The notes below the pieces were generated by a model. It saw nothing but the letters and a program-made list of their open reading frames with translations, did not search any database and was not told where the DNA came from. Source: Pirellulales bacterium (GTDB taxonomy: Bacteria > Planctomycetota > Planctomycetia > Pirellulales > UBA1268). From it: a stretch of 63,733 bases of DNA. Numbering within the stretch: the stretch's first letter is position 1; each line of letters begins with the position of its first letter. Positions 61,160-63,733 of the stretch are shown piece by piece. Both the position numbers and the translations under genes were made by a program. The DNA lies in the NCBI GenBank assembly GCA_044370415.1, contig JBILVO010000006.1:1-63733 (forward strand). The letters are read 5' to 3'.

Positions 61160-62548
61160 ATGCCCGGCGCCGTGGAGCTGCTTGTGACCGCCATGCCCGC
61201 CAAGACACTTGATCGCCTGCCCGAACTGGCGGCCTTCGACTCGCACGCCGAGGGCGTGCGGATTCCGCCGGGTCTGACGGTGCCGCTCACGCCCCGGGTC
61301 CGTCGCCTGCTCGACACCCCGGCGATGCGTCGCCTCGCGCGGGTCGGCCAGCTCGGACTGGTGTCGCTGATCTACCCCGGCGCCGTCCACGGTCGGCTCG
61401 AGCACTCCCTCGGCGTCTACCGGCTGGCGATCGAGTTCCTGGCACGGCTGCGGCACGTGCCCCGGTTCGCGGCGGCGGTCGGCGAGGCGGACGCGGCCGC
61501 GTTCGTGGTGGCGGCACTGGTCCACGACATCGGTCATTGGCCCTTCTGCCATCCGATCGAGGACATGGGGCTGTCTCTGTTCCCGCGGCACGAGTCGCTT
61601 GTGCACGACATCCTGGGCCAGGGCGAGCTGGCCGCCGAGCTCGAGCGTTCATGGGGAATCTCTCCCGACCGCGTCGCCGCGCTGATCACCGGCGCCGCCA
61701 CCGATCCGGCCGGCCTCATCCTGCATTCGCTCCTCTCCGGCCCGATCGACGTCGACAAGATGGATTACCTGCGGCGTGACAGCCTCCACGCCGGCGTCCC
61801 CTACGGCCTGCATTTCGACGAGGAGCGGCTGCTCTCCAGCCTCTGCCTCGACGGCAGCGGCACCACGTTGGCGATCACCGAGAAGGGCCGCACCGCCGCC
61901 GAGATGCTGGTCTTCGCGCGGTATGTGATGTTCAGCGAGGTCTACTGGCACCACGCCGTCCGCAGCGCCACCGCCATGCTGCAACGGGCCGTCTGGCTCC
62001 TGCGCGACCGCATCGATCCGTGGCGGCTGGTTCGTGAGGATGACGGCGGGTTCATCGCGTTGCTCGCACAGATCGCGGCCGGCACGGCGGCCGCGCCACT
62101 GCTGGACGGGCTCTTCGGGCCACGACGATCGCTCTTCAAGCGGGTGGCGTCGTTCGACGCGCTGCGGCATCCGGCGATCCATCGATCGCTCGCGGGCCGC
62201 ACCTACGACGAGAAGGTGGCGGTGGCGGGTCGGCTGGCGATCGCCTGCGGTGGGATCGGCGAGAATGCCATCCTCATCGACGCGCCTCCCACGGAGCGCG
62301 AGGTGGAGTTTCGCCTCGATGTCCGCGACCGCGGCACGGAGCGGACCGCAGACGGGGCGTTTCGTTGGACGAGCCTCGCGGAGCTCTCGCCGGTGGTGCG
62401 CAGCCTCGCCCAGGAGCAGTTCGACGACCTCGTGAAGCGGGTGCGAATATTCGCCCCCGCGGAGGTGGCTGCCGCGATCGCCGGCCGCCCGGATCTCGAG
62501 CAGCTCGTGCTCGAGGCTGCCGGGCGGCCGAACGGTGACGGTGCGTGA
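61160..62548 (+). CDS. HD-domain phosphohydrolase (SAMHD1-like dNTP triphosphohydrolase family)
   Basis: QLG...YPGA.H.RLEHSLGV, HDIGH.PF.H, DVDKMDYL.RDS, VYWH motifs. Confidence 0.9.
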   Translation: MPGAVELLVTAMPAKTLDRLPELAAFDSHAEGVRIPPGLTVPLTPRVRRLLDTPAMRRLARVGQLGLVSLIYPGAVHGRLEHSLGVYRLAIEFLARLRHVPRFAAAVGEADAAAFVVAALVHDIGHWPFCHPIEDMGLSLFPRHESLVHDILGQGELAAELERSWGISPDRVAALITGAATDPAGLILHSLLSGPIDVDKMDYLRRDSLHAGVPYGLHFDEERLLSSLCLDGSGTTLAITEKGRTAAEMLVFARYVMFSEVYWHHAVRSATAMLQRAVWLLRDRIDPWRLVREDDGGFIALLAQIAAGTAAAPLLDGLFGPRRSLFKRVASFDALRHPAIHRSLAGRTYDEKVAVAGRLAIACGGIGENAILIDAPPTEREVEFRLDVRDRGTERTADGAFRWTSLAELSPVVRSLAQEQFDDLVKRVRIFAPAEVAAAIAGRPDLEQLVLEAAGRPNGDGA

Positions 62549-62555
62549 AGGGGGC

Positions 62556-62948
62556 TCACTTCCCCACGGGCAGCTTGCCCTGCTTGATCAGGTCGCCGAA
62601 GGTTGGCACGCCGGTCTTGGCCGGATCGCTCGACAGAGCGGCCACTTCCTCGAGCACCTTCTTGATCTTCGTCGCATCCTTGTCGTTCTTGTCGAGCCGC
62701 TCGGCCAGGGCGTTGCCGTAGATGTTGCGATCCTTCTTGACGCTGCCCACGTGGCACACGTTGCACTTCGCGGTCTCGACCTCCGCCGCCAGCGCCTTCT
62801 CGGCGTCGGATCCGTCGGCCTTCACGTACATGGCCTTGAACTCGTCCATGTACTGCTTCCGGGCGAAGGCCTCACGGGCCGAGCCCGCACACACGAGCGT
62901 CAGAACCGCTCCGAAGACCACGGCATACCTGCTGCAAGACCGCGACAT
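62556..62948 (-). CDS. Small secreted mono-heme c-type cytochrome-like protein
   Basis: Signal peptide (AFA cleavage site); single CNVCH; RN.YG.AL. Confidence 0.75.
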   Translation of the reverse strand: MSRSCSRYAVVFGAVLTLVCAGSAREAFARKQYMDEFKAMYVKADGSDAEKALAAEVETAKCNVCHVGSVKKDRNIYGNALAERLDKNDKDATKIKKVLEEVAALSSDPAKTGVPTFGDLIKQGKLPVGK

Positions 62949-63138
62949 CGCTGCTCTCCAAGGTGGGGTGTCCGCCGGGAGGGATCGTCCACGATCCGCT
63001 CCACCGCGACAATTCTACTAGACCCACCTGCCGCGCCGGCGTCAAGAAACAGGCTGCACCGCCGGCCGGCCGCTGCTCGGCAGCAGGCGCTAGGCGGCCC
63101 GCCGGCGACCACGCCCACCCGAACCGGCAGGCGGCGAT

Positions 63139-63733
63139 TCAGCGAGCGTCTGCCGAGGGCCAGGCCTCGATCCTGAGGGCGTGGTCGAGCGGCTGCGGAT
63201 GGGATGCGTAGTCCAGATCCAGCCGCTCGGCCGCGGCGTCGATGCGTCGGAAGACGCCGCTGCCCTGGTAGCGGCTGCCGGCATCGACCCACCCGATCGC
63301 CGCCCGGTAGGTCTGCGGATCACCGACGCCGATCTGCTCGAGCAGCGCGTGGCCCTCCGGCACCAGGAACCGGCAGCCGCGTGCGAGCCCCCGCACTCTC
63401 GCCGGCCGCGGCCGCGTCGGCGAATCGATCAGGCAGGCGAACCCATCGCCGCAGGCGAAGAGCCCATCGTCGAGCGTGACCGTGATCGCGACGCCGGCGC
63501 CACCAACCACGGCCGCCCCCTCGGCCAGCAGGAACCGCCCCGGCGTGACCACGCGACCGCCGGACCATGTCAGGTCGATCCGTCCCCCCTCGCCGCCGCC
63601 CACTCCACCGACCTCTCCCGCCGCCCCGCCTCCGGCCTCGAGGAACAGGGCGGCCCCTTCCACCCGGCTGTCGATCATCCGCACCTCCTGCCGGTCGCCG
63701 GACGACCGGTCGGAACGCACGCAGACGATCGCC
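63139..63733 (-). CDS. Partial CDS (3' end of a gene starting beyond the window), unknown function
   Basis: Open frame running to the window edge with host-like codon usage. Confidence 0.5.
   Translation of the reverse strand, partial: AIVCVRSDRSSGDRQEVRMIDSRVEGAALFLEAGGGAAGEVGGVGGGEGGRIDLTWSGGRVVTPGRFLLAEGAAVVGGAGVAITVTLDDGLFACGDGFACLIDSPTRPRPARVRGLARGCRFLVPEGHALLEQIGVGDPQTYRAAIGWVDAGSRYQGSGVFRRIDAAAERLDLDYASHPQPLDHALRIEAWPSADAR

Overview
High-GC bacterial chromosomal segment, most consistent with a Planctomycetota (Pirellulales-like) genome; this is inferred from the gene content and planctomycete-type hypothetical proteins. About 50 CDSs are supportable. They include housekeeping genes (HU/IHF, pyrD, trpS, acpS, topA, glgB, miaA, hisE-hisG, aroA, uup), a futalosine menaquinone cluster (mqnA-mqnC-amidohydrolase), several ABC transporters and an arylsulfatase. 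An apparent operon links a polar amino-acid ABC importer, a frameshifted ADP-ribosylglycohydrolase-family gene and ovothiol synthase ovoA. A ~13.5 kb surface-polysaccharide locus carries rfbC, rfbB, two epimerases, a GT2, a sulfotransferase/coiled-coil/RgpF/GT giant, a GT fused to a membrane domain, and wzm/wzt. I recognised no tRNA, rRNA, CRISPR or transposase genes. The best leads are: (i) a possible sulfate-capped polysaccharide 'ruler-polymerase'; (ii) a long GGA-rich leader ahead of a glutamine-amidotransferase-like gene lacking its catalytic Cys, plus dispersed GGA-loop hairpin repeats (possible CsrA-binding RNAs); (iii) a 17-bp tandem repeat forming a chain of overlapping stop/start mini-ORFs at the start of an ABC ATPase; (iv) the ovoA operon. 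All functional calls come from motif recognition by eye, not database searches.
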